DNA from: Candidatus Fimivicinus intestinavium
GTDB lineage: Bacteria > Bacillota > Clostridia > Oscillospirales > Acutalibacteraceae
NCBI GenBank assembly: GCA_018715765.1
Contig: DVKY01000113.1
Coordinates: 2,282-66,281 of the forward strand
Length of the DNA stretch: 64,000 nucleotides
Reading direction: 5' to 3'
Both the position numbers and the translations under genes were made by a program. This document shows, one piece after another, positions 26,867 through 36,301 of this stretch. Positions within the stretch are counted from its first letter, which is position 1. The number at the start of each line of letters is the position of its first letter. The notes beneath the pieces were generated by a model. The model searched no databases, was not told where the DNA came from, and was given only the letters and a program-made list of their open reading frames with translations.

Positions 26867-27877
26867 ATGGTCGTTATTCTCAAACCAAACGCCGATAAGA
26901 AACGCATTGACGCACTGCTTCAGGCCGTGGAATCGCTCGGCCTGAAAACCAATTACAGCCAGGGGCAGGAAACGACCGTTGTCGGCCTGGTAGGCGACAC
27001 CTCCCGCGTGGATATCGACGCGCTCAAGGCAAATGAAATCGTCGAGGATGTCAAGCGCATTTCCGAGCCCTATAAAAAAGCCAACCGCCGCTTTCATCCG
27101 GCGGACACCATCGTGCAGGTGGGCAATGCAAAAATCGGGGAAGGTTTTTTTCACGTCATCGCCGGGCCGTGCTCCATTGAAAGCGAGGAACAGCTCTGCA
27201 CAATCGCACAGGATGTAAAGAAAAGCGGCGCAACGCTTCTGCGCGGCGGAGCGTTCAAGCCGCGCACCTCTCCCTATTCCTTCCAGGGTTTGGAGGGCGA
27301 CGGCCTGAAGCTGCTGCTGGAGGCAAAAAAATTGACAGGGCTTCCAATCGTCACAGAGATCATGGGGCAGGATCAGATCGATGATTTTACGGATGTAGAT
27401 ATCATTCAGGTCGGCGCACGCAACATGCAGAATTTTCGCCTTTTAAAGGCACTCGGCCAGCTGCACAAGCCCATCCTTCTCAAGCGGGGCCTGGCCAATA
27501 CGATTGAGGAGTTTTTGATGAGCGCGGAATACATCATGGCCGGCGGCAATGAAAACGTGATTCTCTGCGAGCGCGGCATCCGTACCTTTGAGACGATGGT
27601 GCGCAACACGCTGGATATCTCTGCCGTTCCCCTGCTCAAGCAGCAATCGCATCTGCCGGTCATCATCGACCCCAGCCATGCGGCAGGGATTGCATGGATG
27701 GTGGAGCCTCTGGCAAAGGCAGCCGTTGCCGCAGGCGCGGACGGACTGATGATTGAAGTGCATAACGACCCGCAAAATGCGCTGTGCGACGGCGCGCAGT
27801 CGCTCACACCTATGCAATTTGACCGGTTGATGCAGGATATCAAGCGGCGCGCAGCGTTTGAGGGCAGGCAGATGTAA
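26867..27877 (+). CDS. aroF: 3-deoxy-7-phosphoheptulonate (DAHP) synthase, type I-beta with N-terminal ferredoxin-like regulatory domain
   Basis: MVVILKPNADKK... regulatory domain followed by a KDSA-like barrel (IAGPCSIES, LRGGAFKPRTSPYSFQG, DPSH). Confidence 0.9.
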   Translation: MVVILKPNADKKRIDALLQAVESLGLKTNYSQGQETTVVGLVGDTSRVDIDALKANEIVEDVKRISEPYKKANRRFHPADTIVQVGNAKIGEGFFHVIAGPCSIESEEQLCTIAQDVKKSGATLLRGGAFKPRTSPYSFQGLEGDGLKLLLEAKKLTGLPIVTEIMGQDQIDDFTDVDIIQVGARNMQNFRLLKALGQLHKPILLKRGLANTIEEFLMSAEYIMAGGNENVILCERGIRTFETMVRNTLDISAVPLLKQQSHLPVIIDPSHAAGIAWMVEPLAKAAVAAGADGLMIEVHNDPQNALCDGAQSLTPMQFDRLMQDIKRRAAFEGRQM

Positions 27878-27955
27878 GGGATAAGCAGGCCGGAACAGCT
27901 GCCCTTTTGAAAAAGCTCTAAGGTCAAATGGCCATATGCACAGGGGGGAATCGCA

Positions 27956-28918
27956 GTGGATATCATCGCATTTGGCGAATGCCTGGTTGATCTGCTCAAT
28001 CAGGGAGGGCCGCTCAGCTTTCAGGGTTCGGCCGGAGGGGCGCCCTGCAATGTGCTGGCGCAGGCAGCAAAGCTGGGGCGCAAATGCGCGCTGATCTCCA
28101 TGGTCGGCCAGGATTATTTCGGCGACTGGCTGCGCGCCTATCTCGGCGAACTGGGCATCGATACCCAATATATCCAAACCACCCGGCAGGCGCAGACCAC
28201 GCTCGCCTTCGTGACGCTGGATACGGGTGGAAACCGGCGCTTTTCCTTCTACCGCAAGCCTGGGGCCGATATGCTGCTGCGGCCGGAGGATGTCCCTCTG
28301 GAGGCAGTCGAGCGCGCCCGCATGTTTGTATACGGCGGGGTCAGCCTGACAAAAGATCCGGCGCGCAGCACCCTGTTCGACACCCTGCGCAGCTTACGCG
28401 GGAAGAGCGTGCTGAAAATTTATGACCCCAATCTTCGCTTCCCGCTGTGGGAGGGCGATTTGGACGCCGCGCGGAAGATCTCTGCACAGGGCATGGAATT
28501 CGCTGACGTCATCAAGCTCAGCGAGGAGGAGCTTACCTTCCTCACGGAAAGCGCCTGCGAGCAGGAGGCCGCGCAGGCGGTATTTGCCCGCTCTCCCGCC
28601 CGGCTTTTGCTCGTCACAAAGGGGGCGCATGGCTGCACCTACTATACGCACGCATATACCGGCCATTTAAACACCTATGACACCCAGGTGAAGGATACCA
28701 CCGCGGCAGGCGACTCGTTTCTCGGCGCGTTTCTGCACCGGCTGCTGGGGCTCAGCGGCACAAGCGGCGGACTGAGTGCACAGCAGCTGGAAGCCTGCGT
28801 GGATTATGCAAACGCGGCAGGCGCTTTGACAGCCTCTCAAAAGGGCGCCATTGCTTCCCTGCCAAATGACCGGATGATTCGAGACTGCCAAAGGAACATC
28901 CCGAAATGCAGGGAATAG
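27956..28918 (+). CDS. PfkB-family carbohydrate kinase (fructokinase-like)
   Basis: N-terminal GE.L.D motif, GGAPCNV, and C-terminal DTTAAGDSF ATP-binding motif. GTG start with SD agggggga. Confidence 0.8.
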   Translation: MDIIAFGECLVDLLNQGGPLSFQGSAGGAPCNVLAQAAKLGRKCALISMVGQDYFGDWLRAYLGELGIDTQYIQTTRQAQTTLAFVTLDTGGNRRFSFYRKPGADMLLRPEDVPLEAVERARMFVYGGVSLTKDPARSTLFDTLRSLRGKSVLKIYDPNLRFPLWEGDLDAARKISAQGMEFADVIKLSEEELTFLTESACEQEAAQAVFARSPARLLLVTKGAHGCTYYTHAYTGHLNTYDTQVKDTTAAGDSFLGAFLHRLLGLSGTSGGLSAQQLEACVDYANAAGALTASQKGAIASLPNDRMIRDCQRNIPKCRE

Positions 28919-29009
28919 CACAGGGGGATTTTACAGAAGCATCCAGAGCAATGCTACAAATTCACACCAAAAGCCTGCTTTGGGCCTCTGAACGGATTTC
29001 AAAAGGAAC

Positions 29010-29048
29010 AAGAAAAATGCGCCGCTATCCCGTCAGATAGCGGCGCAT
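29010..29048 (-). terminator. Intrinsic terminator of the spoIIA operon, overlapping the sigF stop codon
   Basis: On the minus strand: atgcgccgctat / ctgacggg / atagcggcgcat, then ttttc. The 5' arm and the loop encode the last residues MRRYLTG, and the stop codon falls at the start of the 3' arm. Confidence 0.7.
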
Positions 29049-29702
29049 TTGCAATAAAATCACTTTTTCCCGCCGGGAAACCTGCACCTGTGACATGCCC
29101 AATCGCTCGGCGGTTACCGTCTGTGTCAGCCCCTTGAAATAGCGCAGCTCGATGAGCTGCCGATCCCGCTCGGGAAGTTTATCCAGGATCTGCTCCAGCG
29201 CGACCGCGTCGGAGATCATTTCCTCCGGCGGGGCAACCGGAATATCAATCTGCCCGGAACCATTTTCCTCATCCGTTGTGAGCGATACAGGAGGCAGCGA
29301 AGCGGTCAGCACCTGCGCCGTCTCCGCAATCTCCATCCCCAACCGCTCGGCAAGCTCGCCAATGGTCGGCTCCTGCCCGCGCTCCGCCGTCAGCCGCTCC
29401 TTCTCCCGCAGAGCGCTGCGTGCTTTTTCCTTTAAGGCCCGGCCCACCTTAACCGTGCCGCCGTCTCGAAAAAGCCTGCGGATTTCCCCCAGGATCACCG
29501 GCACAGCATAGGTGGAAAAAGCAAAACCGCGCGAAGCGTCAAAGCCGTCTGCCGCCTTAATCAGGCCCACGCAGCCAGCCTGAAAGAGGTCGTCATATTC
29601 CACGCCCCGGCCCCGGAACCGGTTGGCACAGGAGTGGACAAGCCCCAAATTTTCTGAAATCAGGCTTTCGCGCGCGGCCGCCTGCTCAACCATGAGCCGC
29701 AT
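29025..29702 (-). CDS. sigF: Sporulation sigma factor SigF
   Basis: Sigma-70 regions 2-4 (DDLFQAGCVGLIKAADGFD; YAVPVILGEIRR; C-terminal HTH TQTVTAERLGMSQVQVSRRE). Third gene of a spoIIAA-spoIIAB-sigF arrangement. Confidence 0.85.
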   Translation of the reverse strand: MRLMVEQAAARESLISENLGLVHSCANRFRGRGVEYDDLFQAGCVGLIKAADGFDASRGFAFSTYAVPVILGEIRRLFRDGGTVKVGRALKEKARSALREKERLTAERGQEPTIGELAERLGMEIAETAQVLTASLPPVSLTTDEENGSGQIDIPVAPPEEMISDAVALEQILDKLPERDRQLIELRYFKGLTQTVTAERLGMSQVQVSRREKVILLQMRRYLTG

Positions 29703-30129
29703 CGCGCCCTGCGATGCGTTTTTCCAGGATCACGCTGGTGCCGTGCCCCACCTTGGAGTGCACCTTCACCTTATCCATAAAGCTTTCCATCACGGCGAAG
29801 CCAAGGCCCGCCCTCTCCCCGGCGGCGGTTGTATAAAGCGGCTCCATTGCTTTCTTCACATCGGCAATCCCGCAGCCCTTATCCCGGATTTTTATTTTAA
29901 TCAGGCCGTCGTCATAGAGGGAAACGGTTATGTAAATCCGGCCGACTTTGCTCGCGTAGGCGTGCACGATACAGTTGGTCACCGCTTCGCTGACCGCTGT
30001 TTTGATATCGTTGATCTCCTCGATGGTTGGATCGAGCTGCGCGGCAAAGGAGGACACCGCCACACGTGCGAAGCTTTCGTTGACGGAGCGGCTCTCCACT
30101 TCCAATTTTATGGTATTATTCGCTTTCAT
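29686..30129 (-). CDS. spoIIAB: Anti-sigma F factor (serine kinase) SpoIIAB
   Basis: HATPase_c motifs (AVSEAVTNCIVHAY; DKGCGI; GLGFAVM). SD aaggaagg precedes the ATG at 30129. Overlaps the sigF start by 17 nt. Confidence 0.85.
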   Translation of the reverse strand: MKANNTIKLEVESRSVNESFARVAVSSFAAQLDPTIEEINDIKTAVSEAVTNCIVHAYASKVGRIYITVSLYDDGLIKIKIRDKGCGIADVKKAMEPLYTTAAGERAGLGFAVMESFMDKVKVHSKVGHGTSVILEKRIAGRDAAHG

Positions 30130-30475
30130 ATTGACCTTCCTTTCTCTGCGGCGCCTTCTGACCCGCCTTTTGACGGATAACCGCAAGTTGGTCGAGGTTT
30201 GCCAGCTGCATCACCTTAAATGCCTGTGGCGTGAGGTTGACTGCCTCTACCCGGCCGCCCAGCACACGCATCACGCCGGCGCGTCCCATCACAAGGCCCA
30301 CACCGGAGCTATCCATAAAGCTAACCCCGCCGAAATCCATCCGCAACAGCTCCGGCCTGTGCTGCTCAACCGCCTCATCTATGCATGTGCGCAGAGCGGC
30401 GGCGTTATGATGATCGATCTCCCCTTCCAAAAACGCGGTTACACGCCCTGGCGAAAACTCCAACCGAATTGCCAC
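30116..30475 (-). CDS. spoIIAA: Anti-sigma F factor antagonist SpoIIAA (STAS domain)
   Basis: STAS motif with a phosphorylatable Ser (VSFMDSSGVG). GTG at 30475 has strong SD AAGGAGGG 7 nt upstream and gives a typical 119-aa product. The ATG at 30523 in the track is probably too far upstream. Confidence 0.8.
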   Translation of the reverse strand: MAIRLEFSPGRVTAFLEGEIDHHNAAALRTCIDEAVEQHRPELLRMDFGGVSFMDSSGVGLVMGRAGVMRVLGGRVEAVNLTPQAFKVMQLANLDQLAVIRQKAGQKAPQRKEGQYESE

Positions 30476-30660
30476 GTCCGATCCCTCCTTATTTTCACGG
30501 GCAAGCGTTTCCAGGGTGCACATGGCGGCCTGGCGCTTACCGATTAGTATGGCCTGTCCGAATCAAAATCATACATAGAAAAAGAAAAAATCCCTTACCC
30601 AATCAGGATAAAAGATTTTTTCTGCATTTTTTGTTGTATTATGGAAATCCTCGCAAAAAT

Positions 30661-31947
30661 TTATATATCCTTTTGCAGCAGTGCCGTCCGTACATCCGAT
30701 GCAAGGTAGAAGGAGCCGCAAACCAGCAGCACATCCTCGGGCTGCGCCGCATGCAGCGCCTGTGAAACAGCCTCCTCCGGGCTCTCCACCGCCCGGGTCC
30801 TGCCGCAGCCAGCCCGCAGCGCCTGCGCCAGCTGCCGGGCCGGCAGCGCGCGTGGGTTGGAGGGCGTGGTGGCAATGATTTCAGCGCACAAGGGCGCAAT
30901 TTCCCGGGCGGCAGCGTCATAGGCTTTATCCGCCATCATGCCGATTACCGCAACAATCCGCCGCCCCGGCAGATACTGGCGCAGCGCTTCGGCCAGCCTG
31001 TGCAGCCCGTCCGCGTTGTGCCCTCCGTCGAGCAGGAGAAGCGGCTGCGTTTGAAACACCTCCAAGCGCGCCGGCATCCGCACGGCGGCAACGCCGCTGA
31101 CGATTGTTTTCCCTGTAATCCGGCGCAGCCCGCGCGAGCGCAGCGCCTCCGCCGCGAGGATTGCGGTCATGCAATTGGAGACCTGATGCGCACCGATCAG
31201 CGGGATATGGATATGCAGGCCGTTATAGATGATATCTGTGCCGGTAATCTTTTCCGCCACGATGCGGATATCCCCCATATTCTGCGTAATCAGCACATTG
31301 CTCTGCATCAACGCCGTACGGTACACAATGCGGAACACGCGCGCATCCTGCCCCGGATAGCTCACGGTAATCCCACCGCGCTTGATAATACCGCATTTTT
31401 CCGCCGCGATCTCCTCCAACGTGTCTCCAAGCACATTCATATGATCCATCGAGACGGAGGTAATCACACTCACCAGCGGCGTTTTGATGATATTGGTAGA
31501 ATCCAGCCTGCCGCCGAGCCCCACCTCTAGCACCACAATGTCGCACTTCTCCTGCTCAAAATAGAGAAATGCCGCAGCGGTGATCACCTCAAACTCCGTA
31601 GGCTGCATGCCCTGTGCGGCGAGCCTGTCCGCCACGGGGCGGATTTGCTCAATCAGGGCAGCGAAGGTATCCTGCGGGATCATTTCACCGTTTACCTGCA
31701 TCCGCTCCCGGAATTCTATAACGTAAGGCGAGGTAAACAGCCCCGTTTTGTAGCCGGACGCACACAGAATTTCTGCCAGCATCACGCAGGTGGAGCCTTT
31801 GCCGTTTGTGCCCGCCACATGAGCGAACCTGAGCCTGTCCTGTGGGTTGCCAAGCGCTTCCATCATGGCGCGCATGCGCTCAAGGCCGGGCTTTACGCCA
31901 AACCGGAGCAGGGAGTGCACATACGAAACCGCTTCCTGATATTGCAT
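30661..31947 (-). CDS. folC: Bifunctional folylpolyglutamate synthase/dihydrofolate synthase
   Basis: Mur-ligase P-loop HVAGTNGKGST and the FolC N-terminal pattern (YQEAVSYVHSLLRFGVKPGLERM). Confidence 0.9.
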   Translation of the reverse strand: MQYQEAVSYVHSLLRFGVKPGLERMRAMMEALGNPQDRLRFAHVAGTNGKGSTCVMLAEILCASGYKTGLFTSPYVIEFRERMQVNGEMIPQDTFAALIEQIRPVADRLAAQGMQPTEFEVITAAAFLYFEQEKCDIVVLEVGLGGRLDSTNIIKTPLVSVITSVSMDHMNVLGDTLEEIAAEKCGIIKRGGITVSYPGQDARVFRIVYRTALMQSNVLITQNMGDIRIVAEKITGTDIIYNGLHIHIPLIGAHQVSNCMTAILAAEALRSRGLRRITGKTIVSGVAAVRMPARLEVFQTQPLLLLDGGHNADGLHRLAEALRQYLPGRRIVAVIGMMADKAYDAAAREIAPLCAEIIATTPSNPRALPARQLAQALRAGCGRTRAVESPEEAVSQALHAAQPEDVLLVCGSFYLASDVRTALLQKDI

Positions 31948-32200
31948 CGAACCCCTTCTTTGCTCTCAAAGTTACGACCTGTTCCTCTTCATTCTATCAT
32001 ATCTCTGCAAAAATCACAAACATATTTTGGCAAACAGGTAAAAAGGGCCGACAGGATACTTCGATTTCTGTAGCATCAGTGTACAAGGGGATTGTGCTTT
32101 TTTGTGGTGCGGGCCGACCGCTTTGCCTGAAATGGAAGTGCAGCCGGGTACCAACGCCTTACTCTTGAAAACGAATGTTCGCTTTTTCCGGGAAAACGCA

Positions 32201-32229
32201 TTGCATCCCGCCCGGAATCGAAGTATAAT
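32201..32229 (+). promoter_or_regulatory. Sigma-A-type promoter upstream of recD2
   Basis: TTGCAT (32201-32206), 17-bp spacer, TATAAT (32224-32229). Confidence 0.6.
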
Positions 32230-32330
32230 AATGGCTGTTGACTGAACCCTTGGCGGCCGATACGTGCGGCATGCGCCGTGCAATCGAGTGTATAAGCCAG
32301 AATTTTTCCGGAAAGAATGGATCATCTTTT

Positions 32331-34592
32331 ATGGACGAACGGGAGCAAATCGAGCTGCGCGGCAGCGTGGAGGATATCACCTTTTACCGGCCGGACACCG
32401 GCTTCACCGTGCTGGACTTAAACAGCGACGGGGAATTGGTGACGGTGGTGGGCATTCTGCCCGCCCTGGCCGCAGGGGAAGAGCTGCGCCTGATGGGGCA
32501 TTGGGATGTGCACGCCTCCTTTGGGCGCCAATTCCGGGCGGAGCTGTGCGAGCGCAGCCTGCCCTCCACCGCTGGGCAGCTTTTGAAATACCTTTCCTCC
32601 GGCGCGGTGAAGGGCATCCGGGCCGCCACGGCGGAAAAGATTGTGGAGGCCTTTGGCGATCAGACCTTTGAGGTGCTCGAAAACGAGCCGGAACGGCTTG
32701 CCACCATCAAGGGCATTTCACGGGAGAAGGCCTATAAAATCTGTGCAGAATTCAAAAAGCAATTCGCCGTGCGTGAGGTGATGATCGCGCTGGAATCCAT
32801 CGGCATGACGCCGGCGGAATGCCTGGCGGCCTTTCGCCAATTCGGCGCAGCCGCTATCGACCGCATCCATGAGAACCCCTATATCCTGTGCAGCGAGGAG
32901 ATCCACATGGGCTTTGAGCGGGTGGACGCACTCGCACAGGCCATGCCAAACCGGCCGGATGAAATCCACCGCGTGCGGGCTGGCGTGATCTATGTGCTGC
33001 GCCATAACCTGCGCAACGGGCACACCTGTATTCCGCGTGATAAGCTGGCCGCCCCTGTATGCGGCCTGCTTGCCGCTGCGCCGGATACCGTTGAAGCCGC
33101 AGTGGACGGCCTGCTGGAAAACCGCCAGCTCGTCGCAAAGGAAATCGGCGGGCGGGAGTTTCTCTTTCTGCCCAGCATTTACAGTGCGGAAAAGAGCGCT
33201 GCGGAGCGCATCCGGATCATGCTGCGCTTTCCGCCTGCCGGGAAGCCCACGCTGGAGCGGGAAATCGATCAAATTGAACGGGAAAACGGCATCCAGTATG
33301 AGCAAAAGCAGCGCCTCGCCATCACGACGGCGGTTCAAAAGGGGCTTCTTATCCTCACCGGCGGCCCCGGCACCGGCAAGACGACCACGCTCAAGGGCAT
33401 CCTCACCCTGTTTGAGCGCGATGGGCTGGATGTGGCCCTCGCCGCCCCCACTGGCCGGGCGGCCAAGCGGATGTCCGAGCTGACGGGCAAGGAGGCAAAA
33501 ACCATCCACCGGCTGCTGGAGGTAGAGTGGACGGAAAACGAGCGCCCCGTTTTCGCGCGGGATGCGCGCAATCCGCTGGAGTCGGACGCCGTGATTGTGG
33601 ACGAGCTCTCCATGGTGGATATCAGCCTCTTCTCCAGCCTTTTGGAGGCTTTGCCGTTGGGCTGCCGCCTGATTATGGTGGGCGACAGCGACCAGCTCCC
33701 GCCCGTGGGCGCGGGCAACGTGCTGCACGATATGATTCAATCCGGCCTGCTGCCCACCGTGCAGCTGACGGAGGTATTCCGCCAGGCAATGGAGAGCCTG
33801 ATTGTCACCAATGCGCACTGCATCGTGCGCGGGGAGATGCCGGTGCTGAACCGCAACGATGCAGATTTCTTCTTTATGAGCCGCCCGGCGCCTTATCTCG
33901 CCGAGCGCACGATCACCGAGCTGTGCGCTGCGCGCCTGCCCAAGGCCTACGGCTACTCCCCCATTTCGGATATCCAGGTGCTCTGCCCTTCCCGCAAGGG
34001 GGATCTCGGCACGGTCAACCTCAACCGCGTGCTGCAAAACGCCCTCAACCCGCCGGACCGCACGAAGGCGGAAATCACCATCAACGGGCGTATCCTGCGC
34101 GTTGGCGACAAGGTGATGCAGACGAAAAACAACTACGACCTGCCCTGGACGCGCGGCAGTGAAAACGGCACGGGCGTTTTCAACGGCGACGTTGGGATTC
34201 TGGAAAAGATCGAGCATGCAAGCTCCACGCTCTATGTGCTCTATGACGACCGCACGGCGATGTATTCCTTTGAATCGGCGGCGGAGCTGGAGCTTGCTTA
34301 CGCCATCACCGTGCATAAAAGCCAGGGCAGCGAGTTTGAAGCGGTTGTGATGCCGGTGCTAAACGTTGTGCCCCAATTAAGCTACCGCAACCTGCTCTAT
34401 ACCGCCGTCACACGTGCAAAGTCTAAAATGATCCTCGTCGGCAGCCGGGAGGTAGTGCGGCGCATGGTGGAAAACGATAAGAAAACGCGGCGATTTTCCG
34501 CCCTGCGCGCCTTTTTAACCGATGAGGAGCCCTCGCCCCTCTTCCCGCCGCTGCAAAAGGAGGCAGCGCCAGATGAAGACGAAACCGACTGA
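32331..34592 (+). CDS. recD2: ATP-dependent RecD2-like SF1B DNA helicase
   Basis: Walker A LTGGPGTGKTT, DExx-like VIVDELSMVD, and C-terminal ITVHKSQGSEF. N-terminal OB/HhH layout. Start is uncertain: 32331 is chosen, and 32238 or 32271 remain possible. Confidence 0.85.
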   Translation: MDEREQIELRGSVEDITFYRPDTGFTVLDLNSDGELVTVVGILPALAAGEELRLMGHWDVHASFGRQFRAELCERSLPSTAGQLLKYLSSGAVKGIRAATAEKIVEAFGDQTFEVLENEPERLATIKGISREKAYKICAEFKKQFAVREVMIALESIGMTPAECLAAFRQFGAAAIDRIHENPYILCSEEIHMGFERVDALAQAMPNRPDEIHRVRAGVIYVLRHNLRNGHTCIPRDKLAAPVCGLLAAAPDTVEAAVDGLLENRQLVAKEIGGREFLFLPSIYSAEKSAAERIRIMLRFPPAGKPTLEREIDQIERENGIQYEQKQRLAITTAVQKGLLILTGGPGTGKTTTLKGILTLFERDGLDVALAAPTGRAAKRMSELTGKEAKTIHRLLEVEWTENERPVFARDARNPLESDAVIVDELSMVDISLFSSLLEALPLGCRLIMVGDSDQLPPVGAGNVLHDMIQSGLLPTVQLTEVFRQAMESLIVTNAHCIVRGEMPVLNRNDADFFFMSRPAPYLAERTITELCAARLPKAYGYSPISDIQVLCPSRKGDLGTVNLNRVLQNALNPPDRTKAEITINGRILRVGDKVMQTKNNYDLPWTRGSENGTGVFNGDVGILEKIEHASSTLYVLYDDRTAMYSFESAAELELAYAITVHKSQGSEFEAVVMPVLNVVPQLSYRNLLYTAVTRAKSKMILVGSREVVRRMVENDKKTRRFSALRAFLTDEEPSPLFPPLQKEAAPDEDETD

Positions 34593-35313
34593 GTGGCTTG
34601 ACCGGCTGCTCTCTATCCTCTACCCGCCGCGCTGCGTCTGCTGCGGATGCGTCCTCCCCGCAGGAGAAAGGCTGTGCGAGGCCTGCGCGGCAGGGGCTGT
34701 GCGGATTCAGCCGCCCGCCTGCCCGCAATGCGGCTGCCGCGTGGAGGATTGCAGCGGCAAACACGGAAAAGCCCCGTATGAAGCAATCGTGGCGCCGTTT
34801 TATTATGAAGGAGCCGTCCGTGCGGGCATCCATCGTTTCAAATTCCGCGACAGCCCGCAATCCGCCGGCTTTTTTGCCCGGGAAATGGAAGCGTGCATTC
34901 GCAAATCGCTGGCAGAGCCCCCTTTTGAGCTTATCACCTGTGTGCCGATGCGGCCCGAGAAGGAAAAGGAACGGGGCTATAATCAGAGCGCGCTGCTCGC
35001 ACAGGAGCTGGCCACCCTTCTGGGGCTCCCCGCCGACTGCCATACCCTGCGCAAGCTGTTTGACACCCCGGCCCAGCACGAGCTCGCGGGGGAAGAGCGC
35101 CGCGGCAATGTGTTCGGCGTGTTTGAAGCCGCCAGGCCGGAAGCTGTCGCCGGCAAAACCGTGCTGCTGTGCGATGATGTGAAAACCACAGGCGCTACGC
35201 TGGAGGAGTGCACAAAGGTGCTTCAGCTCGCGGGGGCCAAGGCGGTATTCTGCGCCTGCATTGCAATCACCAGAAAAAAGGAGAACCAAGCGCACGAGCC
35301 CGCCGGCCTGTAG
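34573..35313 (+). CDS. comF: ComF-family protein (ComFC-like, phosphoribosyltransferase fold with N-terminal zinc finger)
   Basis: N-terminal CxxC...CxxC (PPRCVCCG ... CEAC ... CPQCG) and PRT motif VLLCDDVKTTGATL. Overlaps the recD2 end by 20 nt. Confidence 0.85.
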   Translation: MKTKPTEWLDRLLSILYPPRCVCCGCVLPAGERLCEACAAGAVRIQPPACPQCGCRVEDCSGKHGKAPYEAIVAPFYYEGAVRAGIHRFKFRDSPQSAGFFAREMEACIRKSLAEPPFELITCVPMRPEKEKERGYNQSALLAQELATLLGLPADCHTLRKLFDTPAQHELAGEERRGNVFGVFEAARPEAVAGKTVLLCDDVKTTGATLEECTKVLQLAGAKAVFCACIAITRKKENQAHEPAGL

Positions 35314-35335
35314 CGGCCGGGGGCTCGTTTGTTTT
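35296..35335 (+). terminator. Intrinsic terminator after comF
   Basis: gagcccgccggc pairs with gccgggggctc (11 bp with a 1-nt bulge), followed by gtttgtttt. The hairpin spans the comF stop codon. Confidence 0.6.
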
Positions 35336-35339
35336 CACC

Positions 35340-35555
35340 TTATCGCTGTGTTTTCATGCAATCGGTACGATTGAGCAGATAGTCCACAGAGACGTCATAG
35401 AAATCCGCCAGACGGATCAGGATTTCTGTGGGGATATCCAGATCGCCGCGCTCATAATTGCTGTAAACGCGCTGGCTGCACGAAAGGATTTTCCCCATTT
35501 GCGTCTGGGTCAGGTCATGATCCTCCCGTAAGGCGCGAATGCGTTGATAAATCAT
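35340..35555 (-). CDS. XRE-family (HTH_3) transcriptional regulator, 71 aa
   Basis: IRALREDHDLTQTQMGKILSCSQRVYSNYERG is a canonical Cro/C1 HTH. SD GGTGA precedes the ATG at 35555. Confidence 0.85.
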   Translation of the reverse strand: MIYQRIRALREDHDLTQTQMGKILSCSQRVYSNYERGDLDIPTEILIRLADFYDVSVDYLLNRTDCMKTQR

Positions 35556-35583
35556 AAGGTTTCACCGATTGGTATCATACAAT

Positions 35584-35628
35584 AGCGGGTTTTCCGCTAT
35601 TGACTTTTAGCGGAAAATCCGCTAATAT
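35584..35628 (+). promoter_or_regulatory. Sigma-A promoter interleaved with a pair of inverted 15-bp operator-like sites
   Basis: Site 1 is AGCGGGTTTTCCGCT (35584-35598). Site 2 is AGCGGAAAATCCGCT (35609-35623). Each is the reverse complement of the other except at 1 position. TTGACT (35600-35605), a 17-bp spacer and TAATAT (35623-35628) fit between and over them. Confidence 0.7.
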
Positions 35629-35688
35629 GAATATAAAGCTTTCTTAGTATTGGCAAAAATCTAATAAAAATCAGGGAGGTATATTCTC

Positions 35689-36237
35689 ATGCAGACAACT
35701 GTCCTATCTAACCCGAACGAAATCCGCCGTGTCAAAAATGCGCTTCAAAAAAAGGCGACGCAATATAGCCTTTTATTCGGTTTGCTCATTGCAGTGCTGA
35801 TACCACTCTTATTTGCAATCCTGGCCGTCGCTATGTTTGACGACTCTTCCTGGTTTGAAAACATTGGAACCGGATTTTGTATCAGTGTGATACTAGGCAT
35901 TTTCGCCGCTGTAGGACTTCGGAAATTTTACTTAAAGAATGCCGACCGCTTTTGCAGCCTGATGGCAAACTGCAAACTCTCTGTGGAGAACGGCACAGTA
36001 GAAGGGATCCTTTTAAAAGCGGAAGCGGTCAACTTCAACACGATTTTCGGCAAACAAATCAATTCAGAAAGGGTTCATCTTTCCTGCCGGCAGGCTACTC
36101 CTGTGGCCGTAAGAGAGTTGGAAACCGGCGGTATTTCACTGGGGCTTTGTGTTGAAATTGGCCGTAGCGGTATGATACTTTGCGTCAATGAAACGGACGC
36201 CGCCCATCTTCAAAAAATGATTTCACAAGATGCTTAA
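35689..36237 (+). CDS. Hypothetical membrane protein: two N-terminal TM helices plus a ~100-aa soluble C-terminal domain
   Basis: SD GGGAGG lies 9 nt upstream of the ATG. Hydrophobic helices YSLLFGLLIAVLIPLLFAILAVAMF and IGTGFCISVILGIFAAVGL. No family recognised; the architecture only loosely recalls bacterial PH (YdbS-like) proteins. Confidence 0.6.
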   Translation: MQTTVLSNPNEIRRVKNALQKKATQYSLLFGLLIAVLIPLLFAILAVAMFDDSSWFENIGTGFCISVILGIFAAVGLRKFYLKNADRFCSLMANCKLSVENGTVEGILLKAEAVNFNTIFGKQINSERVHLSCRQATPVAVRELETGGISLGLCVEIGRSGMILCVNETDAAHLQKMISQDA

Positions 36238-36301
36238 TGGCAATCCTGTTTCTATTTCAGCACTCTTTTAAAGAGGAAAACATGAGGGAGGAGAAACTGC
36301 A

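Noticed and set aside
30524-30660. Spo0A box or sigma-H promoter upstream of spoIIAA
   Set aside because: This is expected biologically, but only approximate matches were seen: ttcggaca against TTCGACA, and AGGGATTT with no properly spaced GAAT. I cannot place it with confidence.
32718-34316. 532-aa ORF antisense to recD2
   Set aside because: It lies wholly inside recD2, whose own frame carries clear helicase motifs. The antisense product is Arg/Ala/Gly/His-rich and low in complexity, with no SD. This is the expected result of stop-codon depletion on the opposite strand of GC-rich coding DNA.
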